DNA from: Botryllus schlosseri
Taxonomy: Eukaryota
Length of the DNA stretch: 64,000 bases
NCBI GenBank assembly: GCA_051294905.1
Contig: CM119372.1
Location: 14,200,001 to 14,264,000 of the forward strand
Reading direction: 5' to 3'
This document shows, in pieces, positions 1 to 12,228 of this stretch. The notes beneath the pieces were generated by a model that was given only the letters and a program-made list of their open reading frames with translations, searched no databases and was not told the DNA's origin. The first letter of the stretch is position 1; each line of letters begins with the position of its first letter. The position numbers and the translations under genes were made by a program.

Positions 1-148
1 TAGTCAATTTCTGCATATAAATGCTAAAAATGGGGATATTAGTTATGTCTAAACTCTAAAGCCACCCAAGGCTGCTTCTGAAAACGGGGAAAGAGAATTC
101 TTGCAGACTAGCGTCACACGCATGGATGAATACCAGTCAGATATAGGC

Positions 149-1273
149 TAGGGTTACCATATTTCTGTGACCCAAATTCCGGACACTCTTTAGCGCCCAC
201 TAGTGGATTTCAAAATGAGTCATGAGCACATTGTCTGTCAATATGACGTCACACTAGCAAAGATTTGCTTTTTGACCAGAGGTTGTCACGATCGGGTTCA
301 GGAGTATGTGGCTGTGTAACCGGGACCGAAACCACGTTTTTTCAGCCCCTTTCCGTCTAAACTAAATAAACAATGATTTTGGGCCCTACATAGGATAATT
401 GATGTAACTTCATGGGGGGGAGGGGTTGCTATATGCATCTCGTCGTTAAATTTTTTAAATTAATTGTTTCAATAATATTGGTTCTTCCATATTACTATAT
501 AGTTTGATCCTCTCTCCGCCCACATGATCAGAGTTAGCTGTAGAGCTGGTGGAGGATAATGACTTCGAAAATACAGTGAGCGTAATTGCACATCGTCAAA
601 TCATCTTCATGTCACACCGATAAAATTGTTTATCAGCCTTATGCCGGTTCGCACCACGGAGCTTTATAAACATCTCACATCCAGTGGTTTCCAACCTTTT
701 ATGGTCGCGACTCCATCTCAAATTTGAATATGTCCCGTGGCGCAGACGAGCTGATTACTAAAAGAAGTCAGCACATTAGCACATTTGCACAGACTAACTC
801 ACGGGCTATTTTGGAAGCTGATTACGTTTAATATCTTCGTGGACCCCAGAATAAAGGCAAATGACCACCACGTTTGGAACCAATATCTTTGAATAAAGCA
901 TTTGGACGGCCTTACCTATCTCTAGGATACCGTTCTTCTATAGTTGCGATTACAACCATGCAGGCTTATCTGAGTAAATGAAGGTTATTTTTATTTATAT
1001 TTTATTGTAGTCTTTGCTAGGGTGGTAGTCCCCATATTAAAACCAATAAATGTGATAGTAAATCGCGCGCAGCGCGAAGAAAAATATCTCTTATAACATA
1101 AATATTCCCAAAAATAATGTAGTTATGTTGATTTACCAAAGTTATTTGAGTCTACGTCAAGCCTTCAAAATTCCGGACATTTAGGCATATGTTAGAAATT
1201 CCGCCCGGACGCAAGTTTGAGAAGTGAAATTCCGAACATGTCCGGGAAACTCCGGACATATATGGCAACCCTA
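149..1273. mobile_element. Non-autonomous hAT-like DNA transposon (TAGGGTT(A/G)CCATA termini)
   Basis: Termini tagggttaccata / tatggcaacccta; subterminal ccggac repeats; exact 8-bp TSD atataggc at 141-148 and 1274-1281. Confidence 0.9.
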
Positions 1274-3151
1274 ATATAGGCCTATCAATGATGTATCTTG
1301 AGTTCTGCTTGTCATAGACATTTATAGATCACCCAGCTGTGAAGAGTAAATTTCGACACAGTTCTACTGACATCAAAGTAACGGCTCATAGTCAAGTATA
1401 AATCGCAATATTACCAATATTACTCAGCGTATTAAGTGCTGGAGATGTATGAAGACTGAAGAGCTATCACATAACAACACTTGACATAATGATATGCATT
1501 TTCAGTTTATTTCAATGTATAGCACTCGCCAATCTGCGTCTATCAATGCTAAACTACCCGATATAGATCCTGTAGAAGTCTATGTTCATTGTGCATGCTT
1601 TTGAATTAGCTGGATGGTGAAATCCATGTGTCTAGCTACCTTTAAATTTTCGGTATACGTATAGCCTACTCGAGTGATTTCATGCGGCTCCATACGTAAT
1701 CTGAAGTTTGAAATGCGGCTCCGACATTCAAAAAGGTTGGGAACCACTGATCAAGACGAACCTGGTCTCGTATAACTGTCGAAAGTCTCAAATTTTGTAT
1801 GAACCTTAACCTCAACAATTATCAACCAGACTAAAAAAACATCAGGAATACCATGCAACATCAAAAGACGTAACAACTGTAAAAAGCGTGTAAATAGAAG
1901 ATTCATACTTTTACTGTTGTCTACATCTGTTGGACATCTAAATGATAATTCTGTTAAACTTCGAAAACTATCAGATGCCTCCCACCGTAATTCAATTAAA
2001 AGATGTAACTTACGAATTATCTATATGTAACTGGAAGTTTACATGCTCAAATAAGGCAGACAGCTTGATTAGTGCGAGATGCGACGCACACGGTGAATAC
2101 CATGCGGTGACTTCGAACGACTTATGTCGTCAGACGTTTGCAATTGGGACGTAACAGTTGATTGAAATGTATGGCTCTTTGACAGTTAAAATGGGAACTA
2201 TAGGGTCAATATGGCTCTTCGGCCAAAAAAGGTTCGCGACCCCTGGGCGTGAGGCCATGCCTACACTACATCGTTACATTACAACTGAGAGCGCCCGTAA
2301 CATTGGTAACGAGATTACCGTGATGAGAGGCGGGTTCATCACAGGTCATCGAGCGAAATTCTGACACTGGACATTCAGTCATACACCTATCAATCATCCT
2401 TTTGAGTCGGCAATCGCATCGTAACGGATTATTCGCCAACGCAATTCTCAGACTCTTTCCGAATGTAGTGGAAAATCGACGATTCAAGTGCTTCAATCTC
2501 CGATCAACAAGTATGTTGTCAGAGAGGCCTGGGAGAGATAGAGACAAATACTGACATGTGGACCATCTTTCAGGACTGAGACATTCGACTCTGTTAGCTC
2601 TAAGATCAATTGTTTGCAATTTGGGAAGTCCTGCGAAGGTGCGCGCAGATATCCAGTCTATCTGGTTTCGGCTAAGGTTGATGCGCTCCAGATTTCGTCC
2701 CCGCGTCGCAAAACTGAAATCTGGCAGAAACCTGAGTAAAGATTTACCGATGTTAGTTCATTCGTCAACCACTCGATGAACATTTGTATCTTTGAAAATT
2801 GAGAAAAACGGCTGGTACGTCGCACTAAATGAAAAAGACCAGCGGTCAAGCCCAAAACCTACCAATCATATTTCAACTCGACCCAAATTTGTAAATACAG
2901 GGTTGATTCGTGAAAAGCCGTGTTATGAAATATTCGGAAGACAAAAATACGCTGTAGGCGTTCACCAAAGTAATTATTGCGCCACATCAGATCGGTCAAT
3001 GGCAGAATAAACCAAATTATTAGGTAATGATTCCAACTGCACGTTACACCTCAGTGCATGGTTTGCAAATTTTATTATAATCCGACCATGACCAGAGAAG
3101 ACAATTGTGGCGAAGCCTCGGGGAGCGCACATATTTAACGCATATACTGTT

Positions 3152-3850
3152 TACAATTGAATAGTATATTCATATTGAAATGAACCCGAATATTTTCGGC
3201 TGACACTCGTCAGGGGTAATCGTCAGCAACTAGTAGAGAATTCGAAAGAACAGCGTATATCAACAATCGTAACACAAAATATGACGTCACCAGCACGAAA
3301 TGTCATATACGAGAGCGTTCAATGTACTATTTTTAGATGATACACGAACTCTTTTTGTTGACACAGCCTTGGGTGGTGTAAAAGTCGACTCCAAGGCACA
3401 CAAATGACAGTGTGAGCGACCCTTTACGAGTATGCGCAATCTGTCGTCTCGATAATTTTTCGCACAGGCGGGATTATGCAACAAGTGTTTGCCAATTGCA
3501 GAATTTATGGCCTTTGATTGTTCCGCATCAATCATGAGCGGACGAGTTAAGGGTGAGCTTTTCACCGAGCGTGTTCTAATGAATCTAGGGACATGCTGAT
3601 TTATGCGTTCCTGCAAGCGCTTTGACGTTCTTCCCCCGTAGCCACAATCACAGTGACACTTAAATTCGTAAACTACATTGCTTTGCTGAAGTGCGGGTAG
3701 CACGTCTTTACGTGTTGCAGGGAGCAGTCGCGTTGTCGTGAAAATCACGTTGGTCTTCACTGTGTCGTAACACTTACTGACCGCTGAAATCAATTGCTTT
3801 TCAAAGCGGGTGGAAATAGGCCCTATCCGAAGTAGATGGATGTAAACATC
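3152..3850 (-). mobile_element. Penelope-like retroelement 3' fragment (GIY-YIG endonuclease plus pLTR)
   Basis: ORF 3287-3793 has NVVYEFKCHCDCGYGGRTSKRLQERINQH...SAIGKHL...LES, typical of the PLE GIY-YIG domain; hammerhead motif in its 3' UTR. Confidence 0.88.
3184..3217 (-). ncRNA. Minimal type-I hammerhead ribozyme of Penelope pLTR
   Basis: Minus strand reads ACCC CTGACGA GTGTCAGCC GAA AATATT C GGGT: stem I ACCC/GGGT, CUGANGA and GAAA cores, palindromic stem III AATATT, UC cleavage site. Confidence 0.8.
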
Positions 3851-4044
3851 TTTGGTTGTTCGTTCGGTAGGCTACAGTCTCTATAGTATCATGTTGCTCA
3901 TTAACCTGTGCGTCAACCTGTACTGGCCTGCCTAACCTGCATTTGTGATAGCTAGCCACCGGCTCATTGTAATTCGCATCTGGTACACCCCTCTACACCC
4001 CATCCGAGTGGTACACCCTTTGCAAATTCTGGTACACCCTAGGG

Positions 4045-5158
4045 CAGGGGTGGGCAAACTTTTTAGCTCGCGGGCCGCATTCAACATCTGAATCCATTTG
4101 CGGGCCGCACTATATAAAATTGGGATTATAAACGAAAACGCAAGATTGATATTTGATTATATAGTGAGGACATGGAGATAATAGATGTGCTTATTGAAAA
4201 CAAGACAAAAATTGCTTTGATGATATCGTACACGCGTCAGAAACATATAGTGGCGAGATTGCATATGCTGGCGGACCTCAATAACCAATTTGTCAAAACT
4301 ATAGAGATGAAAGTCGGTTGGCCCGATTCCTAGAGCAGGATTGAAATTTAAATCTGTGAGCAGCGATCTGTTCATAGATTTACTAATTCCACTTTTGGTT
4401 CAGTTCCAGGACACACATTGCTGACAGCATCCTAACCATATTAGCTTCGAACACGCTTCTACTATGTGTAGATAAAATATAATTACCCCCATTGTACGCA
4501 TACAGACAACGAATCTACCTAAGACATGCCCGAATGGAGTGGCCAATCTGAAATCCCACTGGTGATTCAAATTATGCCAGTATCCCACTAGTGATTCAAA
4601 TTATGTCAATCTCGTTGCAGCTATCCCGCTGTGATATTAAGTAGCCTATTTACCTTACATCAGTGGTTCTTAAACTTTTGAAGACACGCCCCCCCCCTTA
4701 TGATGGTGAAAGATTTCGCGCAACCTTATCGTCATATCACAAAACGCAACCAGGATGCTAGCAAGCCTAGCTGGTAGTTTGATGGCATCGAAGGTTATGA
4801 CTGTGGAATGTGGATGGATGAGAGATTTTCAACTATGTAATTCAGACTAAATACAGAGCAATAACTATGAATTGATGTAAATAGCGCGGAGCGCGAAAAT
4901 TTTTTGCGGTTGAGCTCAGCTTCGCGCCCCGAATCAGATGTTTTCACGCCGTCAAGGGAGGAGCCAAACCAGTTTGAGAACCACTGTCTTAGAATTATCA
5001 TGGTGAAATATACCAAGTTATTCAAGTCCCTGCATTAATTCGATTTTTAGTACACATTTTATTAATATTTTCAAAAAGTTTCGTTGGACTCTCGCGGGCC
5101 GCACAGAACAATGTTGCGGGCCGCATGCGGCCCGCGGGCCTTAGTTTGCCGACCCCTG
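4045..5158. mobile_element. hAT (Buster/Charlie-like) MITE with CAGGGG termini, containing a nested CAGTGGTTCT MITE at 4661-4986
   Basis: caggggtgggcaaact ... agtttgccgacccctg; gcgggccgca subterminal motifs; exact TSD ccctaggg at 4037-4044 and 5159-5166. Confidence 0.9.
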
Positions 5159-5195
5159 CCCTAGGGTGTACGACAACCCCGATTGAAGAGCACTG

Positions 5196-5470
5196 CATTA
5201 GAACACGCTCGGTGAAAAGCTCACCCTTAACTCGTCCGCTCAATATTGATGCGGAACAATCCAAGGCCATAAATTCTGCAATTGCCAAACACTTGTTGGA
5301 TAATCCCGCCTGTGCGAAAAATTATCGAGACGGCAGATTTCGCATACTCGGAAAGGGTCTCTCACACTTTCATTTGTGTGCCTTGGAGTCGACTTTTATC
5401 AAAATACACCACCCAAGGCTGTGTCAACAAAAAGAGTTCGTGTATCATCTAAAAATAGTACATTGAACGC
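5196..5470 (+). mobile_element. Inverted second copy of the Penelope GIY-YIG 3' region
   Basis: Near-identical reverse complement of ~3315-3581 (IRTRSVKSSPLTRPL...SAIAKHL...LESTFI...HPRLCQQKE). Confidence 0.85.
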
Positions 5471-5851
5471 AGTTGGTTAAGCGCCAGCGTCACGACACCA
5501 ACGGTAGTGGTTCGAATCCCGGTTCGGACCAACTTCTATGTGTCGGAGGTTTCTCTGGGCTCCTCATCGCCGACCTCACTGCATAGTGCATATGCAGTGT
5601 CGTACGAAAAGCCCAGATGTTGGTGAGCCGCGCCAGAAAAGTCGACCGCGCAGACGAAGATATACGGGCGCATGAAAATCGAGGGAGAACGATGGTGAAA
5701 GAGTGCGAGCGTGAAAAGTCGCCCGGAAGATGACGAAAAATCAAAGACAATGAAATGTTACACATGTTACTGTCGTGGCGCACATAGCCTGAAAAGGCGA
5801 TAAGCGCCACTGTGTTGTGCAAATAATAATAATAATAATAATAATAATAAT
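5468..5851 (+). mobile_element. tRNA-derived SINE with (AAT)n tail
   Basis: A-box-like gcagttggttaagcg, B-box ggttcgaatccc, 3' stem-loop gtggcgc...gcgccac, (aat)n tail at 5821-5851. Confidence 0.8.
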
Positions 5852-7295
5852 TTCGTTTTTTATGTGTTAGTAAAATATCAACAACAAGAAAAAAACAGGT
5901 GATTCAGACGGTTCGCGTCGCATGGGTTATAGGAACCACCAAATAACTGTAATAGCTATAGGCTATAGCATATTGTGTTCTTGTATTGTGAGTGATTGGT
6001 ACCAGAGATGAAAGGTAAATTTTAATCGCCACCCTATATTTTCAACATTGTAATGAGACCCGATATGCTGAGATTTAGCCTGACGCTGTTCCTCTCCTTT
6101 CAGGATTTTGTTTCCGCATTGAAAAATGTTCTTTGGAATGCCTTACGCTGATATGATATATCAAATGATCAACTCACCCGAGTTTATTTCCAGCAAGATT
6201 AATAGAGCGAAGATCATCCAGAAATGTGAGGACTCCACTTTCAACGGTATGTATCCGATTTTCCGAAAGATCCAGCAAGTGCAACCTTCCGAGGTTAATG
6301 GTGCTGGTGTACATATCTTTCCTTGCAAGTTGTGAAATTCGATTGCGCCCCAAATATAATTCACGCATTGAATTTGTATGTGCAAGTAAGGCGAATAAAT
6401 TGAGATTACTAATGCTGCTGATCTGATTCTCTTCTAGGTTCAAAACTTGTAATTTCGGTACAGCGTAGAAAAAGCATTTTGGCAACTTCCGAATAATATT
6501 GCCCCGGAGATTAATATTCCACAGCCTTTGGAAGAAATGAGATACATGGTTGCAAACTCCCGGACGCTTGTTAATATCGCTTCTATTGAGCCCTGTATTC
6601 GGACTATCGAAGAATACCGTTGAAATATTGTTATATCTCAAACTTAATCCGAGAAAATATGTGCACACGTCACAGAAGGCCAGATTGAACGATTGCAGCC
6701 TATTGCTATCCATGCGAATTGAGGTTGTCCATTCAGGTATTTCTGACACCATATTCGAAAATCCACCGCTACTACAGTCCATTGGATGATTTCCATTATG
6801 GTAGCTACATACGCAGCGACGAGGACACGATAACGTGGCATTAATATATAATACTATACATGTAACTACGGCCATCTTCCAAGTAAAATTTGCCATAGTA
6901 TTCAGTATTCAACTTTAGGATCTCGTAACATCACAAGAATGTAAGCCTTCCTTTTGCGTAGCTCATCAATGATCCGAGAGGATTAGTCATGCACTGCTTC
7001 AAGTTGATGCTGTCAAACGATTTTAACTTTATGTTACACACGAGTCTGCTTTGATTTATTATTGAACTCTGTTCGATGGATCTTTAGCTGGCGTTCGATG
7101 GCTATAGCGAATTCCGTAGTAACTTGTTGCGAAACCAACTACACATATATACATAACCCTGTCTGTAGAAGTAGCCCATAGATTACTAAGCTACACAGCT
7201 TAGTAATCCATAGTTTACGACCATTTGACGTGTGCGTACATTAGGCGAAGGCAAAAGGGTCAAACTAGGTGCACGACTAGTTACCGTATAAGCAA

Positions 7296-7510
7296 CAGGG
7301 CTGAAGAGTTAGTTGGCTGTGGAGTTGGGTTCGGAGTTCGGCTAATTTTTCGCTTAATGGAGCCAGAGTCGTAGTCTAAATTTTTTTACCACGCATTGGA
7401 GTCGGATTCGTGAAAACTATAGTGGCTGGAATAGGAGTCGTGGAAAAAATGCTGACTTGAGTCGGGGTCGGAGTTTGTAAAAATGACCCTGACTCCGACT
7501 CCGACTCCAC
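7296..7510. mobile_element. End of a CAGGGCTG/GGAGTCGG-repeat non-autonomous DNA transposon; a matching opposite end lies at ~13690-13815
   Basis: cagggctg terminus with ggagtcgg/ccgactcc repeats; ...ccacagcccctg at 13815; flanks match only 5/8, so pairing of the two ends is unproven. Confidence 0.55.
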
Positions 7511-7624
7511 CTTCGTTATTATGAAAACAATTGCTTTCAAAGGTACCTTTAAATTTCTAATAATAACTAAAATATAATTTTTATGTACCATGAATCACTG
7601 TTACTAGTAACCTAGGGTTACCAT

Positions 7625-10128
7625 CAGACATGGGGTGATTACATTATGATTATAATCGATTGCGATTACGATTACTTATGAATGACGCGATTACGATTAT
7701 GATTACGATTACAGCAATATCAGAAAGTAGTCGATTACGATTACGATTACATTGGAAAAGTAATCACGATTACTCACGATTACATTTATTTTGCATCTTA
7801 GAAGCTATATATTGGAAGACAATATATGGATTGCACTGAAGAGGCCTAATGAGATAACAAACTCCCTTTAAAAGAGATCCGGCATTTGCTTGTTGCGTCA
7901 TAATGTACCCATTGCCCATTTTTAAAGGGGTCAATTTATCGCGCCCAATGATTTGCATTCTTGCCAGAGCCACAATTACCGCACCCCAAATTTCCCAATA
8001 TGGTGGCCCAATACTCAAAAAGTATTTCGTAAACTAACATAAGTTATAGAGTATTTTTGAGACATCTAATTAACTTGAAAATCCTCTCTAGATCAGTGAT
8101 TCCCAACCGCGGCTCTGAGAACCCCATGCGGCTCCGAGCTAGCCTACTTGCGGCTCCCATTGACGGTGGAAAATTCAACAAAAATATCATAAAATCAATT
8201 TAGAACAAACAAAAAAATTGATTTTCAAAAATTACACTTGTTTGGCTTGGAATCTGGAGTTTATAATTAAGGGTTGAGAGCAATTCCTTTGCTGTCGAGT
8301 AGCGATTCTCTACTCAGCAACGATTTCGTTACTCAACTCACGTCAAAAAGTATGCTCACACTCAAATGCGTTTGGATCGTCACTCAAATTTAAGTCTGCT
8401 CATCATCAGACTTGATTAAGTGCAAGTGGTGTTGCAACACGTTTTACAAAGCTATCTGACCATCAAACCGATGGATTATTTGACTTGATTGTTAAGTTCA
8501 ACGGTCGCATTGACGGAATGAATGCTTTTTTCCCCATGATGAAAATATTTTCAAGTCCTATTGTAGTTAATGTGGCCACTGACTCTGTTAATTTACAGCT
8601 TGAGTTGCTAGACATGCAGTCAGATATAAAGACATGACCATTTGTTTGTGCGTCTCACGAAAGTTTTTCTTCTAGTCTGCTACGCTTGAGCCACTACAAT
8701 ATCGTTTGATTATATAACAAACCGGAGGTCACGAATTAACAACATACACTAAGGTTATTATAACAAGATACCGGAGGTTAGAATTATGAATTACGTGCCC
8801 CAGCTTTACAGGTAGGTAATTCTGTGGCGAGATAGCGCAGTAGTATAATCCACGGCTGCAACGCCATTGGGTTGCGGGTTCGAGTCCGACCGAGGTCGAC
8901 TTCAGAAATCCTTTCTAAGTGTTGGAGGTTTATCTAGGCTCCTCCTCGCCGCCTCTTCCGCGTAAGCGGTGTCTTACAATAAGCCTAGAAGTGGGCCGTG
9001 CTACTAGTCGGCAGATACGGAATCAAAAATGAAGAAAATCGGCGTGGTGTAACTGACCGTTGTAGTCGACAAACACCAAGATTACCTCAAAGAAACAAAC
9101 CCTACAGGTGAATCTGACCATCGGGGGCTGAGAGAGGATTAAAAATCAATAGTAATATAATGCAATTATTGATGAAATCAAGTCTTCAACTTGCGATTAC
9201 CACCCTATTGTGGACGAACTGCTGTTTTGGTCTTAATTCCAGCTACAGCCCATGTTAACATGATACATAGGCCCATGGCCATGGCCACGCCAATGTTGAG
9301 TAAAGATTGGCACCCGTTTCAAGTAGAGTCATATGAGAATAAGATGAAGCGAACATAAAATTCTGCCTTCAACTTAATACAGATATTGTACTGCAAGCTG
9401 CCGTTACGAGAAACGGCAAAAACGGCTCGGTTTTGATATATATATATCACCAGCTGTTGATTTTTACTGCTTCGTTGTGGAAATCGCAATGTTTTATTTG
9501 ACGAGTACAAAATTTCAAATCTTGATGTACGTACGTAGCCTACTTGATAGGCCTACTGCTGGCCAAGCAGCTACGGTTAAATTGCGTTTAACTGAGCATA
9601 AGCATAACCAAACATCAACCATAAGTTACTATTTTAAAGTAGGCAGAGCGGAGATAAATTATCCTGCTGCGAGGTAGTGGCGTGTGGAACGTGTTGATAA
9701 CCTGATATATAGCACGACGGGTGTTCTTACAATGACACTAATGTGCGACGTATGTACAATGTACATGTACAATTGTACATCGAATATCTATTTACTGCGG
9801 ATACTTCTTACGCAATGACGCGCAAAGCTAATAGGCTGCTTCTGACGTAATAATGAGCTGTGGCGTTTGAAAATCAGACGTGTGTGCTGTCTGGTATAAC
9901 ATCTTTTCCTTGTTCACGAATGTTCAGTTTATGTCACAGTCCTTCCAAAATAAACAGAACAGTAATCGTTCTTTCACAGAGAAATCGATTAAATATGAGA
10001 AGTAGTCGATTACGATTACGATTACTTCGGGATTTTTTCGAATGTAATCGATTGCGATTACGATTACTTGAAAATGCTGTAATCGTCGTAATCGATTACG
10101 ATTACTAATCGCGATTACCCCATGTCTG
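7625..10128. mobile_element. Non-autonomous hAT-like element with CAGACATGGGG termini and (GATTAC)n subterminal arrays
   Basis: cagacatggggt ... accccatgtctg; exact TSD gttaccat at 7617-7624 and 10129-10136; contains a further MITE end at ~8094 and a SINE. Confidence 0.9.
8826..9165 (+). mobile_element. tRNA-derived SINE sharing a central domain with the 5468 SINE
   Basis: ggcgagatagcgcagtagt A-box-like, gggttcgagtccg B-box; 8920-8989 aligns to 5541-5617; 3' end approximate. Confidence 0.75.
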
Positions 10129-10856
10129 GTTACCATACGTCCTCTTTTAAGAGGATTTGTCCTCTTTTTTGACTTTATTGAAAGTGTCCTCGGAGGACGC
10201 TCTAATGTCCTTTTTTTAGATATTGTCCTCTATTTTGAAAATGGTGGTTTAATATAGGTGAAAATTCGACTGAGATACAGTAAATCAGCATGGAAGTAAC
10301 GATCCGGCGGCTATTTCAGGAGCTGAGCCGTAAAGTTGACATTTTTTTAGTCAATCAGCTACCAAGTGCGATTTTCCTCCGGTGTTGCAAGTCGGAAAAT
10401 TTTGAAAAAGTGTCCTCTTTTCAGATTTCCAAAATATGGTAACCCTAGTAACGAAATTGATAAAATTGGACATTATTTGCAAATTGCAATTCAGTTGCAT
10501 AGAGGAAGAAAATCGCAATACGCAATCGCATATCATGATACTGTGACAGAGTAAATACATCGTCTGGTTTTGTAAAATTGATGTAAATATAACGAAACGC
10601 TGCTTCCCACTTGACAAAATTAAAACGAATTGTAGTGTAGCTCAACTGCTTGGGTCGAGCAAATAAAAAACTGCAAGTCCTAGTCCTTGAATACTTGACT
10701 AAGCATACATGTATAGACTATAGACATATGCTATTTGACTACTTCCTAAATTTCGTTTCTGACCAATATGAATATTAGTAGTGAGAGTGTGTGTGTGTTT
10801 GTTATCAGTATAGTGTGTAATGAAAATGAAAATTATGAAAATTAGTAAGTTGTTTC

Positions 10857-12141
10857 CAGAGGTGGTCAGTAACGAAGTACTTCTACTTTTTAGAAGTACT
10901 CAAGTAGTTTTCCTCTACTTCTGGTACTTACTCAAGTAGATCTGATTTTCTCTACTTCTACTTCGTAATATTTTGTGATCTACTTACTTACTTTTCGCTA
11001 TTTTCAGTTTGTCAAGTAGAAGTAGCTTAATCCCCCAATACGAAAGATAGCCTGGTGAATTTCGGGGTTGTTTTCACAGAGTACCAACATTTAATATTCA
11101 TAAAAGTTGAGTAAAGCCCAAAAATTTTGTTGCGCTTCGCGCACAGTAGTTGGAGTGGCAGTGGAGTGACAAATATGTTTTCACGAAATTATCAGTGAAT
11201 ATACTTTAGGTAACGGATCGCTTGGTTCCGATCACACCGTATTGTCGCCCGTATCAAGTATTTCATCACAGTAAATATGGTCCACCATAACGTTTGAAAC
11301 TACCGTTTCGCAATCGAGCAATTACCTATCATATCGTAATCTAGCAGCCTATGATGTGTCCTGTTAATCTAGAAAATACAGCTTTTTTCAACGTTACACC
11401 TGTTTTAGCAGATCACCTTCGAAGCTTTATGGATAAAAGACATGAAATATATTTTCCGCTTTTTAGGAGTGGTTTTTGTATTTCACTTTCAATTCCGAGT
11501 ATCATACTTTAAGTTTTAATTACTTTCTGTTCTTTTGTCTGCAGAACATACATGTTGAAGCATAAAAGCAAGTGAGGTAATGCCTCTATTTTGCGAAAAT
11601 AAAGCTACACTAAATATAAATTTTACGATCCACAATATTTTTTATTATAACGTATACTAATCGCGCAAAGTGTTGAAACCGTATCCGGTACGACTTCTCA
11701 GTATTGCTCTTCTCCTAAACGTGGTGCCCTATAATATGGGGTAGGGCGCCATGCCATGATATTCTCTAAAATGGGTTCTTCGAGTAAACAAAGGATTAGT
11801 ATCGCATTTTCATATCAATACTAATTTGCATCCCATGATGCGACAGAATGCTTATTCTATCGAAAATTGATATCTCTTGCGATGCATCAATACGAATCAA
11901 GCTCTCTGCACCTTCCGCATATCTCAATTTGCAGCTTTTGACAGTCCATGCGAACGAATTGACACTGTTTTCAAAACTACTTACTTACTTGAGTAGATTT
12001 AAAGTCAGTAAATTCTACTTCTACTTCAAGTAGTTTTAGGTGGCCCATGGAAGAAGTACTTCTACTCGTACTTGAGTAGATTTTTCGTCGCTACTTCTAC
12101 TTCTACTTGAGTAGCTTTCTTGACTACTTTGACCACCTCTG
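10857..12141. mobile_element. Non-autonomous hAT-like element with CAGAGGTGGTCA termini and AGTAG/CTACTT repeats
   Basis: 12-bp perfect TIR; exact TSD gttgtttc at 10849-10856 and 12142-12149. Confidence 0.9.
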
Positions 12142-12228
12142 GTTGTTTCTCTGTATTAGTTGCTGTCTCATACACAAGAGCTACACTTCGATTGTTTTAT
12201 CTACATTTCACATTTTAATTACATACAG

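Larger units (their letters stand above)
1752..6896 (-). pseudogene. Type-I membrane leucine-rich-repeat receptor-like gene, disrupted by stops and TE insertions
   Basis: 6896-6174 encodes signal peptide, LRRNT (CPRRCVC) and LRRs. ~3110-2266 continues with LRRs (NLERINLSRNQI, KLQTIDLRANRV) and LRRCT (NPLRCDC) but has five in-frame stops. A frameshifted hydrophobic TM-like segment lies at ~1900-1800. Joining the parts into one gene is inferred. Confidence 0.65.
7613..10447. mobile_element. TAGGGTTACCATA hAT-like MITE (gtcctc repeats), split inside its terminal repeat by the 7625-10128 insertion
   Basis: tagggttaccat at 7613 resumes at 10129 as gttaccatacgtcctc and ends tatggtaacccta; same family as 20017-20398. 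Confidence 0.8.

Noticed and set aside
2758..2980. Several in-frame TGA/TAA codons in the LRR frame suggesting recoding or selenocysteine
   Set aside because: Mixed TAA and TGA, a frameshift further downstream, and TGA/TAA/TAG all act as normal stops in the intact genes; pseudogene decay is simpler
5468..5530. tRNA-like sequences here, at 8826-8895 and at 28735-28805
   Set aside because: A/B boxes are present but no convincing cloverleaf; each continues into a SINE body, so they are not tRNA genes
5545..5617. Call as a canonical HDV-like ribozyme
   Set aside because: L3 G25, the P1.1 GG and a properly placed J4/2 are incompatible with the best P2 stem; kept only as an unknown structured domain
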